Positions 16,305 to 29,526 of a DNA stretch of 64,000 nt are shown one piece after another. Below the pieces are notes generated by a model that saw only the letters and a list, made by a program, of their open reading frames with translations, was not told the origin of the DNA and searched no databases. The DNA lies in NCBI RefSeq assembly GCF_009914755.1, contig NC_060935.1. One strand, given 5' to 3'. Position 1 is the first letter of the stretch, and each line of letters starts with the position of its first letter. The stretch is from the human T2T-CHM13v2.0 reference genome, Homo sapiens. The translations under genes were made by a program, and so were the position numbers.

Positions 16305-16545
16305 AGATACAGTGTGTAATGATAAGAAAGAACTATTGATTTAGGAGTCAGGCTATATGGATTTGAAATCTAAAATGTCCAGGCATGTACTAAAAATGTG
16401 ACCTTGGGCAACTTATATAACTTCTCTGTCCTGAGTTTTTTTTATCTGCTCAAAGGGATTGCCAATGAAGATTAAATGAGTTAATACACGTAAAAGATGC
16501 CAAAGAGCTTCTGGAATGACCTGAGTGTTCGATAAGGGTTAGCCT
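16305..16545 (+). mobile_element. MIR
   Basis: tgtgaccttgggcaacttatataacttctctg...gaagattaaatgagttaatac. Confidence 0.75.
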
Positions 16546-16709
16546 TAGCCCTCAGGGCCATTAGACACAACGGGTATTTGAGAAATATTGGTACAGTGCA
16601 CTCTGAGTTCACACCTGTGTACCTGGGTTATTGTGGACTGCTAATGAAGATGGGATGTCGAAAACAAGAGTTGTTCTGTGAAAACAAGTTAATTTTCACA
16701 GTATATAAG

Positions 16710-17530
16710 TTTGTTTGTAATTGAGATATAATTCATGCTGCAAAAAACACCCTTTTAAAGTGCATAATATGATGTTTTTTAGTAGTTGCAAAGTCAAGCA
16801 ACCACTACCACTATCTAATTCCAGAACGATTTTTATCACCCCCAAAAGAAACCCTGTACCCATTAGCAATCACTTCCCATTCCCCGTCCTCCCAGCCCCT
16901 GGAAACTGCCAATCTACTTTCTGTCTCTATGGATTTGTCTATTCTGTATATTTCACAAATATGAAATTAATCAATATGTGGCCTTTTGTTTCTGGCTTCT
17001 TCATTTAGCATTTTGTTCATGTTGTAGCATAAAAAGCACTTTTTTTCCTTTTATGGCTGAATAATATTTCCTTGTGTGGATATGCCATATTTTCTTTATC
17101 CATTTATCATCTATCAATTGAAATTGTTATCAGTTGATAGAAATTTGGAATAGTTCTACTTTTTAGCTATCATTAAGAAAGCATCTATGAACATTTACAT
17201 ACAGAGTTTTTTTTTGGATAATGTTTTAATTTCTCTCGGGCATATATGTAGGAGTAAAATTGCTAGGTCAGATGGTAATTCTATATTTAACATTTCAAAG
17301 AACTGCCAATCTGTTTTTCAAAGTGGCTTCACCATTTTGCCTTCCCACCAGCAATGTAGGAGGGTCTCCACATCCTTGCCAGCACTTGTTAGTGTCTGTC
17401 ATCTTGATGATCACCATCCTAGTGGGTGTAAAGTGGTATCTCACTGTGAGTTTGACTTCCATTTCCCTAATGACTAATGATGTTGTGCATCTTTTCATAT
17501 GCTTACCAGCCATTTGCATATCTTTAGCAA
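16710..17530 (-). mobile_element. L1MB-like 3' end
   Basis: ttgagatataattca...ttttatcacccccaaaagaaaccctgtacccattagc; minus ORF 17295-17519 resembles the L1 ORF2 C-terminus (MKRCTTSLVIREMEVK). Confidence 0.88.
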
Positions 17531-17722
17531 TTAATTTTAATATGATGTATTTGAGATTGAGATAGCAGACTTAAGTAAAATTGACTAAGAAGTAATATAT
17601 GCCACATAAAGACATGGACACATATGTGGAGCAGATAAGGCTGGGGTTAGAGATTTTGTAGTAGTGAACATGCAGATGGGCACTGAAGTCATAAAGGGGA
17701 GAAATGTCTAGTAGGAAGACAA

Positions 17723-18030
17723 GGCCAGGTTCGGTGGCTCACATCTATAGCTCCAGCACTTCGGGAGAAAAAGACAGGAGGATAGGTTGAACCCGGGAGT
17801 TTGGGACCAGCCTGAGTAATATAGTGAGTGAGGCCTGGTCTTTAGAAAAAAAATTTAAATCAGCTGGGCACAGCGATGCTTGCCTGTAGTCCCAGCTACT
17901 CAAGAGGCTGAGGCTGGGGGATTGTTCGAGCCTAGGAGCTTAAGGCTGTAATGAGCTGTGATCACACCACTGCACTCCAACCTGGGTGCCACAGTAGACC
18001 CTATCTGTTAAAAGAAGAAGAAGAGAAGAA
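17723..18030 (+). mobile_element. AluJ (diverged)
   Basis: ggccaggttcggtggctcac...gagctgtgatcacaccactgcactcc, GA-rich tail. Confidence 0.88.
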
Positions 18031-18297
18031 GACGAAGAAAAGAGCAGGGAATCTACAAAAGTCAGGAATGGATCTGGGGTGCCTCTTTGAGAGCAAAATT
18101 CGGATTTCAAGGAGTTCTGTTAGAATCAACAACCTGCCCAGGGTCAGTAGTTTCTCTCTGATATAAAACAGTCCATAGAAAGGTCATTGCCAGCTCCAGG
18201 AGCCAGACAGTAAGATCTCACCAAGTTTCACTATAAAAAAAGAATTCTAGTTAGAGGGCTGTTGCCCAATGCTTCAGTGCATAGAACTACGAGGCTG

Positions 18298-19200
18298 CTT
18301 TTTTTTCTTACTCTGATGAAATACTTTTAAGTTTAAGAATATCGAATTGTTTTCTCTTATGATTTTTTATGCTATAAAAACCCTACAATTTGATGGAACT
18401 GATCTGACTGTTGGTTCTAACATTTTGTGTGGCGCACCTCCTCCTCCTCCTCCCGTGTGGGGTCTTCCCTTATCTCTCCACATCCAATCTCTTGACTCTA
18501 ATTTTGCTCTACTTAGAGGACTCAAAAGGAAAATCACAAGCATTGTGTACCTTCTCTTCATTATGTTCACCTGTTTTCTTTAGATCTAACATATGTAGGT
18601 CAGCTCCCATTTTCATATTGCTTAAAATAACTCGTTTAGTCTCCTTGGGCAGGTCAACACTTAGTCTTGATGCTGATCTTCCACTTGTGAGTGAGATCAA
18701 AGCATTTCCTTGTATATGATGTTATTTAATCAGCTCCAAATTCCTCTAGAAAAGGCCTTAAATGCTCCTGTTTATTCCTCTTATTTCAGTTCATTTTATG
18801 CAGCTTCAAACACAACTGACACTCATCCAGGTCCATCAGTGGACAATAAAGGTCATGGCCGGGGCACCAATCATCACCTTTCCAGTCCTCCACGTGGACC
18901 TGGGCCTGCATACGTTAATCTTTTCAATTTTCTTCTTGATTTAGTGGAAGCAGTCAGAGCAAAACTGGCCTGAACATTGGCTGCAAAGCTTCCTCACAGA
19001 AGTTCAACTATAGTGGGCAAGTGGCTGCCTGGACTCCACGGCTCAGTTCACCAAAATCCGTTTACAGGAGAAAGGGCCTCCTCAGCGCAGTCTCAGAGAT
19101 GGAGAATCTCCCTTATGCAGAAAAGACTTCCTGAGCTGGGTATGCTGGTTATTGTTGGCATCTGTTCCATGCATTGGTGCTGCTGGGCGGACCTCTCCCC
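18298..19200 (-). pseudogene. Decayed processed-pseudogene-like sequence, parent not identified
   Basis: Minus-strand frames give continuous protein-like text across frameshifts and stops (QVHVEDWKGDDWCPGHDLYCPLMDLDE...HLRPFLEEFGAD / LTSGRSASRLSVDLPKETKRVILSN...DFPFESSK / KLESRDWMWRDKGRPHTGGGGGGAPHKM...FIA*); no introns; A-run downstream; matches no repeat I recognise. Confidence 0.55.
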
Positions 19201-19249
19201 CAAGCCTCTATCTGTACACGCTATTGTGTATCTGAAGCCCTACTAGTCT

Positions 19250-19500
19250 TGGTAGAGCAGAGTGGTTATGAAGAGGCAGGAGCTTTCAAATTCAACTATC
19301 TCTGGCACTTTTTAACTGGGTGATTGATCTTGGGCGCATTTAACTCAAACTCTCTGGACCCCCACGTATTCATCTATAAACTGAAGATAATTAAAGAACC
19401 TGTTTTATAGGGCTGTCATGAGAATTAATGAGATAAGCTACAGCAAGTTCTTGTTACAATAGAAAGTACAAAATCCAGCTTGCATTTTGTTACTTACTAA
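19250..19500 (+). mobile_element. MIR
   Basis: gagcagagtggttatgaag...catctataaactgaagataat...gagaattaatgagataa. Confidence 0.7.
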
Positions 19501-20279
19501 CCCAATTTGTTATTTATTCACCCAATTGTCTGAGCTAACTTCTGAACCTCTGTAAATATTCGCTTCTCTCTTCATTCCTGCTCTATTTATCTAATTGTCC
19601 CTATTTTCTGTTCATCTTTATCATAGAAAATCTCTGTAATCCATCACCTTTTTACCACTGGGTGGGAATCAGGCCTCACCATGTCTGTGGGTCCTGCCTT
19701 CCACCCTCTACCCCTTCTCTGTCCTGTCTTTCTCAGCCTCATTGGAGTTGTTTTCTAAAACACAGAATTGGTCATGCCGAATTGGACAACAAACTTTCTC
19801 ACTGTGAGATTTCAGAAGGGGAAATTGGAAGGCAATTTACCAATTGTTATTTTGATGAAACGCCCCCAAACTTTTGATTTCCACGGGTGTTTCATTCACA
19901 GAAAGTCTCATTATCTCAAGCCTAGTGTACTACTGTTGGATGCATGTTACCTTTATGTATTATGTTATCCAACAACAATGCACCGGGCTTGAGATAATGG
20001 GTTTTATGTATTCCTAGAGGGTACTGGAGTAATTCTTAGCGGAGTCTATTTGTGTTGACACTTGTCTTTTGCTAGGATACAGAATCTACAGATGAGACAT
20101 ACATTTTCTGGAGTCATATATACTTTCTCACGTGCTTTTGTCATTTGTTCCCAATGATATCTTTCAGTATTTTTATTGATTTTGTTGGTATAATAGAATG
20201 TTTTACATTAATATTATGTCAGTGATTATTATTTATTAATTTATATAATTAGTATGATGTACACATATAATTAGTATGA

Positions 20280-20450
20280 TGCATAATAATCTATCATATG
20301 GATGTGCCATAATTTTTTTAACATTACCATATTGTTGATCATTAAGATAATTTCAGATTACCTGATATTATGATAATGTTGTAAATAGTAGTGTTGTTCA
20401 TAATTTTTTGTCTATGTTAATGATTATTTTCGGAATAACTTATTGACAAA
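20280..20450. repeat. Copy 1 of a ~170-bp direct duplication
   Basis: About 7 differences from 21144-21313 by eye. Confidence 0.95.
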
Positions 20451-20730
20451 TATTAACCAAATATTTAAACCTTGGTTTAATGAAAAAATTATTTCATGTC
20501 AGCTAACAGTCATGTTACTCTCCTAGGTAGAATGTTGATATCCTTTTCATCACCATGAACTAAATCCAGGGCCCATTAACATGGCGTCCAAGGTGTGTTA
20601 TGATGGATAGTCCAGTCCTCTCTTTCATCATTTCACTAACGAGGACTTTTCTTTCTTGTTCATTTCCTGGATTTTCCCCCATTTAACATCATGACATTTT
20701 CCTATGCCATTAAAATTTATTGTAAAATGT

Positions 20731-21123
20731 CTTTTCCTTCCTTCCTTCCTTCTTTCCTTCCTTCCTTCCTTCCTTCCTTCCTTCCTTCCTTCCTTCCTTC
20801 CTTCCTTTCTTTCTTTCTTTCGTTGTTTTTTGATGGAGAGTCTCACTCGGTCACCCAGGCTAGAGTGCAGTGGTGCGATCTCAGCTCACTGGCTCACTGC
20901 AACCTCTGCCTACCAGGTTCAAGTGATTCTCCTGCCTAAGCCTCCCAAGTGGCTGGGATTACAGGCACACGCCACTATGCCTGGCTAATTTTTGTATCTT
21001 TAGTAGAGATGGGGGGGTTTGCCATGATGGCCAGGCTGCTCTCGAACCCCTGACCTCAAGTGATCCACCTGCCTCGGCCTTCCAAAGTGCAGGAATTACA
21101 GGCATGAGCCATTGTGCCCGACC
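20731..21123 (-). mobile_element. AluS with (TTCC)n tail microsatellite
   Basis: Antisense Alu from ~20825 to 21123; (TTCC)n 20733-20820; approximate TSD aaatgt..tttt. Confidence 0.93.
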
Positions 21124-21143
21124 TGAAATGTTATTTTCATAGC

Positions 21144-21313
21144 TGCATAATAATCTATCATATGGATATGTCATAATTTTTTAACATTACCATATTGTTG
21201 ATCATTAAGATAATTTCAGATTACCTGATATTATGATAATGTTGTAAAGAGTAGTGTTGTTCATAATTTTTTGTCTACGTTAATAATTATTTTTGGAATA
21301 ACTTATTGACAAA
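21144..21313. repeat. Copy 2 of the ~170-bp duplication (in L1ME-like context)
   Basis: Direct read; text resembles an antisense old L1 3' region. Confidence 0.95.
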
Positions 21314-23119
21314 CAAATAATTCTTACAATAGCAACTGATGGCAGACTGCAGTGGGGCACAGATGTATCTGACAACAAAGAGACCCTCCAGTGGGGCCAT
21401 GCAGGAGGAGAGACAAGAGAAGACAGGGGACAAGTCTGTGTCAATAGCTTCCCACCCATAATTCTACCCCCTCATCCCCCATCCCTGAAGCTGAGTTCCT
21501 AGGTGAACTGAGGCTGTCCTTTCAGTGGTCACTCCAGAAACGAACCTGGTTTTGGAGTGGCTGAATGGCCGCTGCCATGGTCTCATACTGAAGGATTTGA
21601 TGGGGCCACTGTGAGATCCAGTACATTGCCCTTGACCCTTTCTGACTCTGATTTACATTTTTCTACTTAGTGAGTCTTTTCTTCCTTCCCTTCTTCCTTT
21701 CCTCCTTTTCTGCCTCCTGGTCTCCCTACCCCCATCCTTTTAACAAACATGGACCTAATAAGTGCTTAGCAGTGTGCTAGGTAGAGGAACCCAGATATAA
21801 ATAAGACACAGCCCCTGCCGAGAGGGGTGAGCCTCATCACTGGCAGGACGCAGTCAAGAATGCCTGCTTCCACCCCTGACTCCCAGCTATCCCTGTGCTC
21901 GTATCGCCCTATGTCCTCTTCCTTTGGGGTAGCTACACTATCAATACCCCAGCTCTTCCCCTTTGCTTTACTCCAAGATGAGTGAGTATCCAAGTTATTG
22001 TTGCCACTATGAACATCATTATTAATAAACTAAATAACTATATCAGCATTACCAACAGTGCAATATCCCCCTCTGCCACATCTCACAGTCATTATTATAC
22101 CTCCTTTTATTATTTCTCCACCCAGGAGCTGTTCAGACAATTAAAATCCAGTAATAAGAACAAAGAATAATTAAAATAACACCAAGAACAACAGAAATGT
22201 GATGACAAATACTGAAAAATCTGAGGAAACATAACCAAGGGGCTAACTTCACAGTGACAGGTGCTAACAAGATCAACGAGGAATATGTGACAAAATCCTT
22301 CCTGAGAACTTGAAAATTCTTTCCATCTGACTCAATGGCCTTTTTGCCACTGAGGTCTCCAGAGGTGCTAGATTGTATAACAACTTATTTAGCTGATCCT
22401 GCCAAAAACGTGTTGCAAGGCGGAGGGGGGAAAGATGAGGAAAAGCAAACGTTTTCATAATGAAAGCCAAACTGAAAACTATTTCTCCTCTGGCTAGATG
22501 TTGGCAAAGCTCCAAGGCACTCTTCACAGCTGCCCAGGTCCTGGAGAAAGCTTTGTGGTATTTAAATGGGGTTCCCACTTCATTTCCCCCATCTTCTATG
22601 CTCGCTTATAGGTTTTGACCCTCAGTGCCTCCATCGGAAACATAGATGTAATGTTCAGTATACAGTTCACGAGAAAAGCCAAGTACAATGTGTTTTTATA
22701 TCCAAAATATGCAATAGAGAAGTGACAGTCATTGTGGTGTAGTTAAAGTCATTGTGATGAAACACACAGGTGTGAAAAACCAGGGGGATGTGTGGGGTTG
22801 TATTGTCTGAAACAAAATCAGGTGGAACAAATAAGAAAGAGCTAGAATAGGCTAGTCTTGTTCCACATATGCCCCGACAAAGTGTTTTTGAGTTTGAGCA
22901 AGAATACATCACTGAGTTCTACCTTTGATAGATGCTAAACCGCCACCTGTGTTTCCATGGTGTTCTGTGGTTTTGTTGGGTGCTTCCATGCCCCTTAGCT
23001 CAGTCGCTCTTTCCATGGTTCCTTCAGCAAAGATCGATGTGTCCAGGCCCACACTGTGGTGGAAAGAACACAGGAGTGGGAGTCAGAAGCCTGTGCCGTT
23101 CCTTAGATTTCCATTCATA

Positions 23120-23121
<2 letters not shown>

Positions 23122-23161
<40 letters not shown>
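23122..23161. repeat. (GT)n microsatellite
   Basis: About 20 perfect GT units. Confidence 0.95.
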
Positions 23162-23164
<3 letters not shown>

Positions 23165-23171
23165 AAAAAAT

Positions 23172-23418
23172 ATATGGAGTCTTGCTTTGTCTCACTGCAA
23201 CCTCCACCTCCCTGTTAAAGAGATTCACGTGCCTCAGCCTCCCGAGTAGCTGGGATTAGAGGTGCACACCAACACACCTGGCTACTTTTTGTATTTTTAG
23301 TAGAGACAGGGTTTTGCCATGTTGGCCAGGCTGGTCTCAAACTCCTGGCCTCAAGTGATCCTCCCGTCTCAGTTTCCCAAAGTGCTGAGATTACAGGTGT
23401 GAGCCACCACACCCAGCC
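23172..23418 (-). mobile_element. AluS with a deletion in the right arm
   Basis: gagtcttgctttgtc joins directly to tcactgcaacctcc. Confidence 0.9.
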
Positions 23419-26400
23419 TCATGAGATAAATATTAAGAAACAAAGGCCTAAGAAGGTGACTTGTCCAAAGTCACCTGCCTCAGTGGCCCTGGACTCCCCG
23501 AACCTTCTACAGCTAGTACTAGAATCCAGTGTTAGTTCTACGCCATCAAGCTACTTGGTATCCAAAATGTCATGGAAGTAGTCACAGCTCTCCTTCACAC
23601 AGTCATGGGCACCTCTCCCTGCCTTCCAGTAACCCTCCAGGCTTCTTCTACTGCTGGGGAAAATGTTCACACATTCAAAAGTCCTTAGCAAACACAGTAT
23701 AGTAGGTGCCTCTAAAAACCACATTATCTGTCTGAGGTCCAAACTCTTCTCCACTTACAAAGCTCTGTGGTGCCCGGTGGGAGGCGTAGCCCTTTCTGCC
23801 CTTTCTGCCAATCAGCCCAAATTCAGCTGCTTCTCAAATGGATCTCACTTTCTGTTCCATCTTATTTGACACTTCATCAGCTGGAGATGGCTCAGAGATG
23901 GTTTAATGTTAGCTCCATATCTGCCAAAAACCTCTCACTCCTTGGCAAGGCAGCCAAGGACACAATAAGAGAGAAAAAGAGGTAGATGATGAGCGTAACT
24001 CAACTTTGGTAAAAATAGTGCAGACATTTCCGCAGCTTCTCTTAGGGTGGCATAAGGGGAGACGAGGGAGACAGAAAGGGAAGGATGAATGAGGAGAGAG
24101 GTGTCATCCCTGCTTCCAGCCTGGAAGGAGCTTCATTTATCTGCGTTGAGAATTCAGTGTTGATCCATCACATTTGCACATGTTATTGTCACATACGTTT
24201 ACTTTAAAACATGCCATCCTTAATGGAGGATGACTATGCAGGGAGCAATGCCATTGCAAGAGTCTCATACAGTGACTCTCCTCAGGGGGCTTAGAATCAT
24301 GCCTGCTCCTTCATAGGCATGGCGGTGCTGTACATTTATTTAGCACGCTGCTACTTCTGGATGTCAAGCTGTCAGGCTAATGGTGTCAAGGGCAGGGAGG
24401 GAATGGACAGTTACTGGGTTCTGATGGATCTGGCATCTTGTGAGGCATCCCACATAGAAGAGCTCATTTAACGGAAGAGAATTGGTCTTGTGAGGTGAGC
24501 TCCAACCACTCTGTGCAATAAAGGCTGAGGAAGGAAACAAAGTGGCTGGAATGATTCCAAGTGAATTGGAAGGGTCGAAGCAGAGCCACAGATGCAGGGA
24601 TGGTGGATCTCACCTCTCTGTCTTAAAAGAACCACCTTCAGCCTGGACCACAAGCAGCAGAGATCAAGAAGAACCTTTGTTCTGAAGTTCAGTTAGCACA
24701 TTTGTTCCACTTCCCTTCTCAGTAGAAGAGAAACCATTCATGTTATTTGTTTTACTGTATGTCTATTTTTATCTGGTATAAACTGTGTTGATTTTTCGGC
24801 ATTTTCTTATTTGTTATTTCATTTGCCCTCCAGAACTCAGCAGAGGGCACCAAACATCATTTTACTTCCTCCTCCCTGTTTCTGGGGGAAGATGAATAGA
24901 TCTGGGTTTTGCAATGTCCGTGCTCTCTGCTCCGTCTCCCTTCTCTCTTTCGCCTTCTTTATGTGCCTCTGCCTTCTCGCCTAACCTTGCCTCTGCAAAT
25001 ATCTTCCGCTTGGAATCCGACTCTTGATTTCTGCCCTGGAGTGAGCAGGAGGCAGGATGGGGGTGGGTAGAAAATATTCCCACTCTCCTCAAACTCTGTC
25101 AAAAATATAAATGCCCAGTACAAGGTTGACACCGCGGGCCCCAGGTTGCCATTCTCTATATTTTCCTTCCTTTGTCCTATTTGGTTTCTGAAGTTAAATG
25201 GTCTCTTTTTTGATATGAAAATTAATTTCTGGACAAAAAGAAATATGCCTGCACAGGGGCCAAATTTGTGTTGTCTCCCAGCACGGCTGTAATTACACTG
25301 TAGATCAAACTGACGCCTTAGTTTTCAGTGGCTTTTTTCCCTCTCCGATGTCCCTGAAGTTGCCAGGCTCACCAAGAGCAGCAGTTTTCATTAGCAGCAA
25401 AGCCAGGGGATGGGGATGGATGGCCGGGGCCAGCCCTCACTCCTGGGTTTCTCTCCTCAAATTCTTCTTTTGGATGGACATGTGCAATCCAGGCCAATGC
25501 AGAGAACTGCAGGACTCAGGGTCCTGAGTTGCTTGCCACAGTGTGGGGGTGAATGGCGGTGGCTCTGGGGTACCCCTCATCCTATGGGTTTCACCCTGTG
25601 GAACAGGCACTACCAGGCTTCTCTTTTAAGTGTCAGACACAAGAAGGGTCTCACACATTTCCCATGGTCTCTACACATTTCCCATTACCTTTGTGCCCAG
25701 CAGAAATCTGTGTTCACCTGCTAAAAATGGTCACTGTGAATTAGTATCAAGCTAAGAACTTGTGAAATAGGGCAGAACCAATGCAAAATTTTCCGGAGTC
25801 ATGAAAGTGAAGTGGCTTTTACACTGCATTCAATATTGTGAGTTCTAGAGGAATTTTCAGGGAAACTGTGGCTCCCTTCTTATCCTAACTTTCATAGTCA
25901 ATTCTCGATTGCCCATACATAGCTCCACTATTGTTTGTTGGGTATAATTAGACACTATGTTCTGTGGCCCTCAGGTGGACATCTATGCTTTGCCAATAAG
26001 CCATGAATTACTCCCCAGAGAAGCTTATGTGATTTTGACATCTACAAGGTGAATGCAAACTATTTATTCACAATGTGATGGGCATTCCTTCAATTTCCCT
26101 ATAATATGTTGAATGTAAATGATTTGTACGTGGAGAGAGGAGTGCTTGGTCAGACTTCATATGTCAGAAAGTCAACCTGGGTGGTGTGAACAACTCCCGT
26201 CAAATGAGTCAAAGCCCCAGAATGAGATTCTATGGTCTCTTGGATTGAACTTGGGGCCAAGGGATGTGGGCTTTGATCCCTGCAGCTTTGTCACTGGCCC
26301 TGAGTGGCCATTCATCTAATTTTTCCATCTGCCAAGTGAAGCAACAATCCCTCCCACTGCCAAGCTTACAGTCACATTATAAAGATGATTGAGATTCCAT

Positions 26401-26559
26401 GCCTCAGTGGACTTCAGGAGGAAAAGTGTTACCCTCTAAATCCTTCCTCACACTCCCACACCCACAAGTTTTCTTTTTTTTTTTTTAAAGAGTCCAGTGT
26501 TAATAGTGTTTTGACTGCTTTCAAGATATCAAAACAGCTTTTGTTGGAATGAAATAAAC

Positions 26560-27700
26560 AAAAGAAGATGGGTTTTGGAACAGAGCATTTTAAGGTTCAA
26601 ATTTCAACTTTATCACGTATGAGTATTATAAGTCAGTTACTCACACTCTTGGAACTTTATTTTCCTCATCTGAAAAGTGAGGATAATAATGGCTCCCTTG
26701 AAAGGCCGCAGGGATAATGAGCTGCCATTATTGCATCAGTGCAATTCCAGCATAGTGAGAAAGGTTTGTGTCTCTTAGCTGCTTTCTGACCGGATGGCAA
26801 GCCTCTCCTCACCCCACACTGGCCGCCGTTGGCATACCTATGTGCATGCTCTGTCCTCCGCGGTTCCTGTGGAGAACTCTAAAAGTCAGGGAAGCTCAGT
26901 GCCACGTTTTGGAACTTGTCAGCCATAGAGCAACCTACCTATTTACTTCCAGTGGATGAATGGGAAGGTATTGCTGTATCACATAAGGACTCTCCTAGGG
27001 AGGGCAGTGTTAGCAGCATGAAAAGAGGGACATTCCAGTGTCACACAAAGTCCCAGATGGGAAACGGCAGTTGCCAAAGGCAGCCTGAAGTGCTGCGTTC
27101 TCTTCGCTCTTCAAATGCAGACAGGTCTATAGCAGCAGCTTGAAGATGAAGACCCTGGAAAACCATGAGCAAGGGGGCCTCAAAATGACAGGGAAACACC
27201 AACAATGAGGAGGGAGCTAAACGCACAGTCTCTTACACCCAGGAGTGTGATTATCTGACATTTTGGTTTAATGAAAAAATCAATAGTTTTGGAGCCAAGC
27301 GTGGGTTTGAAGCTTCGCTCTGACACTTTACTGCGCAGATTGCTGAGTAAGTTACTTTGGTCACCGACTCTCAGTTTTCTTATTTACAATACTGGGATAA
27401 TGCCTCACTCGCAGGGCTGATGAATGAGATCACAGTGGTGTGGTGGAAAGCATGGGCTACGTTGTAAGAGTGTATTCAATTCCCAGCCTCACTGGTTACA
27501 CTTCTGGGTCTTTAGGAGAGCTGCCGGCATCCATGTGCCTCGATTTCCACATTGTAAAATAAGGGTAATAACTGTTGCCTGTCTCAAGGGGTGTTGTGAG
27601 GGTTATGTATGGAGCACATAAGGAGTCTAAGGTGCACAAAATGAATACTCACAATGAACGCTCAACAAATAGTTCCATTTTTAAATTAATAAATGGCTGT
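26560..27700 (+). mobile_element. MIR fragments (~26560-26750, ~27280-27430, ~27440-27700)
   Basis: ttcctcatctgaaaagtgaggataata; ctcagttttcttatttacaatactggga; tttccacattgtaaaataaggg. Confidence 0.65.
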
Positions 27701-27865
27701 TAGTAATATTATTATTTTATTAGTTTTAGCTTATTATCCACAAAATAGTTCTTACCTACTAATTGGACAAGGGTAGGACACTAATTAAACGATGTGTGTC
27801 ATTTTTGATGGCTCACACTAAAATCCATAGAAAAGTGTTTATTTTCTTCAATTTTTTTTCTTGAC

Positions 27866-27957
27866 TCTGGGGTTTCTGTCCTTCTAATCCATGAGTCTCT
27901 CTCTGTCTCTGTCTGGGGTTTCTGTCCTTCTAATCCATGAGTCTCTCTCTGTCTCTG
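27866..27957. repeat. Perfect 46-bp tandem duplication
   Basis: tctggggtttctgtccttctaatccatgagtctctctctgtctctg x2. Confidence 0.95.
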
Positions 27958-28158
27958 TCTGTCTCCTTCTTTCCTCTCCATGCAGTAAAACAGAGCTGCA
28001 GGCAGTCAATTTCGAGTCAGTGGGCTGTGAAAAGCAGTTAGAATAATAGTTTATTGACCCTGAATGTGGCAGCTGGAACTGAGGGTCGGCTGGGCTCAGG
28101 CACAGTGTAATGGTCACAATAGAAGTTTGATCATCTTTGATCATTTCCTTGGACTTTA

Positions 28159-28726
<568 letters not shown>

Positions 28727-29051
28727 TCAGATTACCTTTGGAAGCTGGACTTTTCTCCTAAGCACTGCAGTGATATGCCTTCTTATTCACTCTGGTGATC
28801 ATGGATTTTCCGGTAGAAATGTAATTATAAATAAAAAGTACATCTTCAAACTACTTTAATACTTCCATATTAGAAGCAATTTGTTTGTAAGTGGAATTAT
28901 TAATAAAAACATAGTTGAAAGCAGAGACTAAGGAAATTCAAAGAGAAAGAGGAGAACATGAATATATAAATAAAGGATGGCCTATATTTTTACATAATTT
29001 GTGAATTAAAAAATAGAAATGTATTGTCATAGACTGTATAAACTCATGCTT

Positions 29052-29088
29052 CCTTCGATAGCTCAGCTGGTAGAGCAGAGGACTGTCG
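29052..29088 (+). pseudogene. tRNA-Tyr(GTA) 5' exon fragment (37 nt), non-functional
   Basis: ccttcgatagctcagctggtagagcagaggactgtcg is 35/37 identical to recalled human tRNA-Tyr positions 1-37; no 3' half or B box. Confidence 0.9.
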
Positions 29089-29526
29089 AAGACACGGAAT
29101 CAACCTAAACGTCCATCAGTGGTAGATTGGATAAAGAAAATGTGGTACATACGCACCATAGAATACTATGTAGCCATAATAAGGACTGAGATCATGTCCT
29201 TTGCCGGACCATCAATGGAGCTGGAGGCCATTATCCTTAGCAAGCTAACACAGGAACAGAAAACCAAATACCGCATGTTTTCACGTATGAGTAGGAGCTA
29301 AATGATGAGAACACAGAGACACAGAAGAGAACAACACACACTGGGGCCTATTGGAGGGTGGAGGCTGGGAGGTGGGTGAGGACCAGGAAAAATAACTAAT
29401 GGATACCAGGCTTAATACCTGGGTGTTGAAGTAATCTGTACAACCAATCCCCATGACACAAGTTTACCTATGTAACAGAGCTGTGCATGCACCCCTGAAC
29501 TTAAAAGTCAAAAGATAAAAAATAAA
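29089..29526 (+). mobile_element. 5'-truncated L1PA15/16-like 3' end fused to the tRNA fragment
   Basis: ORF2 tail (MVDWIKKMWYI...LEAIILSKLTQEQKTKY), 3' UTR aggaaaaataactaatgg...ccccatgacacaagtttacctatgtaac, A-rich tail, TSD core ataaactca. Confidence 0.9.

Noticed and set aside
18247-19247. Weak inverted repeat (ctagttagagggct / agccctactag) flanking the pseudogene-like block
   Set aside because: Short, gapped and without a TSD; compatible with chance.
20280-21313. 170-bp duplication as a giant TSD of the Alu
   Set aside because: The Alu has its own short TSD, and ~280 bp of non-Alu sequence separates it from copy 1.
9323-27957. CRISPR-like arrays from the 44- and 46-bp repeats
   Set aside because: They are two-copy tandem duplications without spacers, in primate DNA.
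29052-29125. Functional tRNA gene (Tyr, or Asp from the apparent GTC anticodon)
   Set aside because: Only positions 1-37 are present; there is no intron, T-arm, B box or 3' acceptor strand. GTC is a point mutation of GTA.
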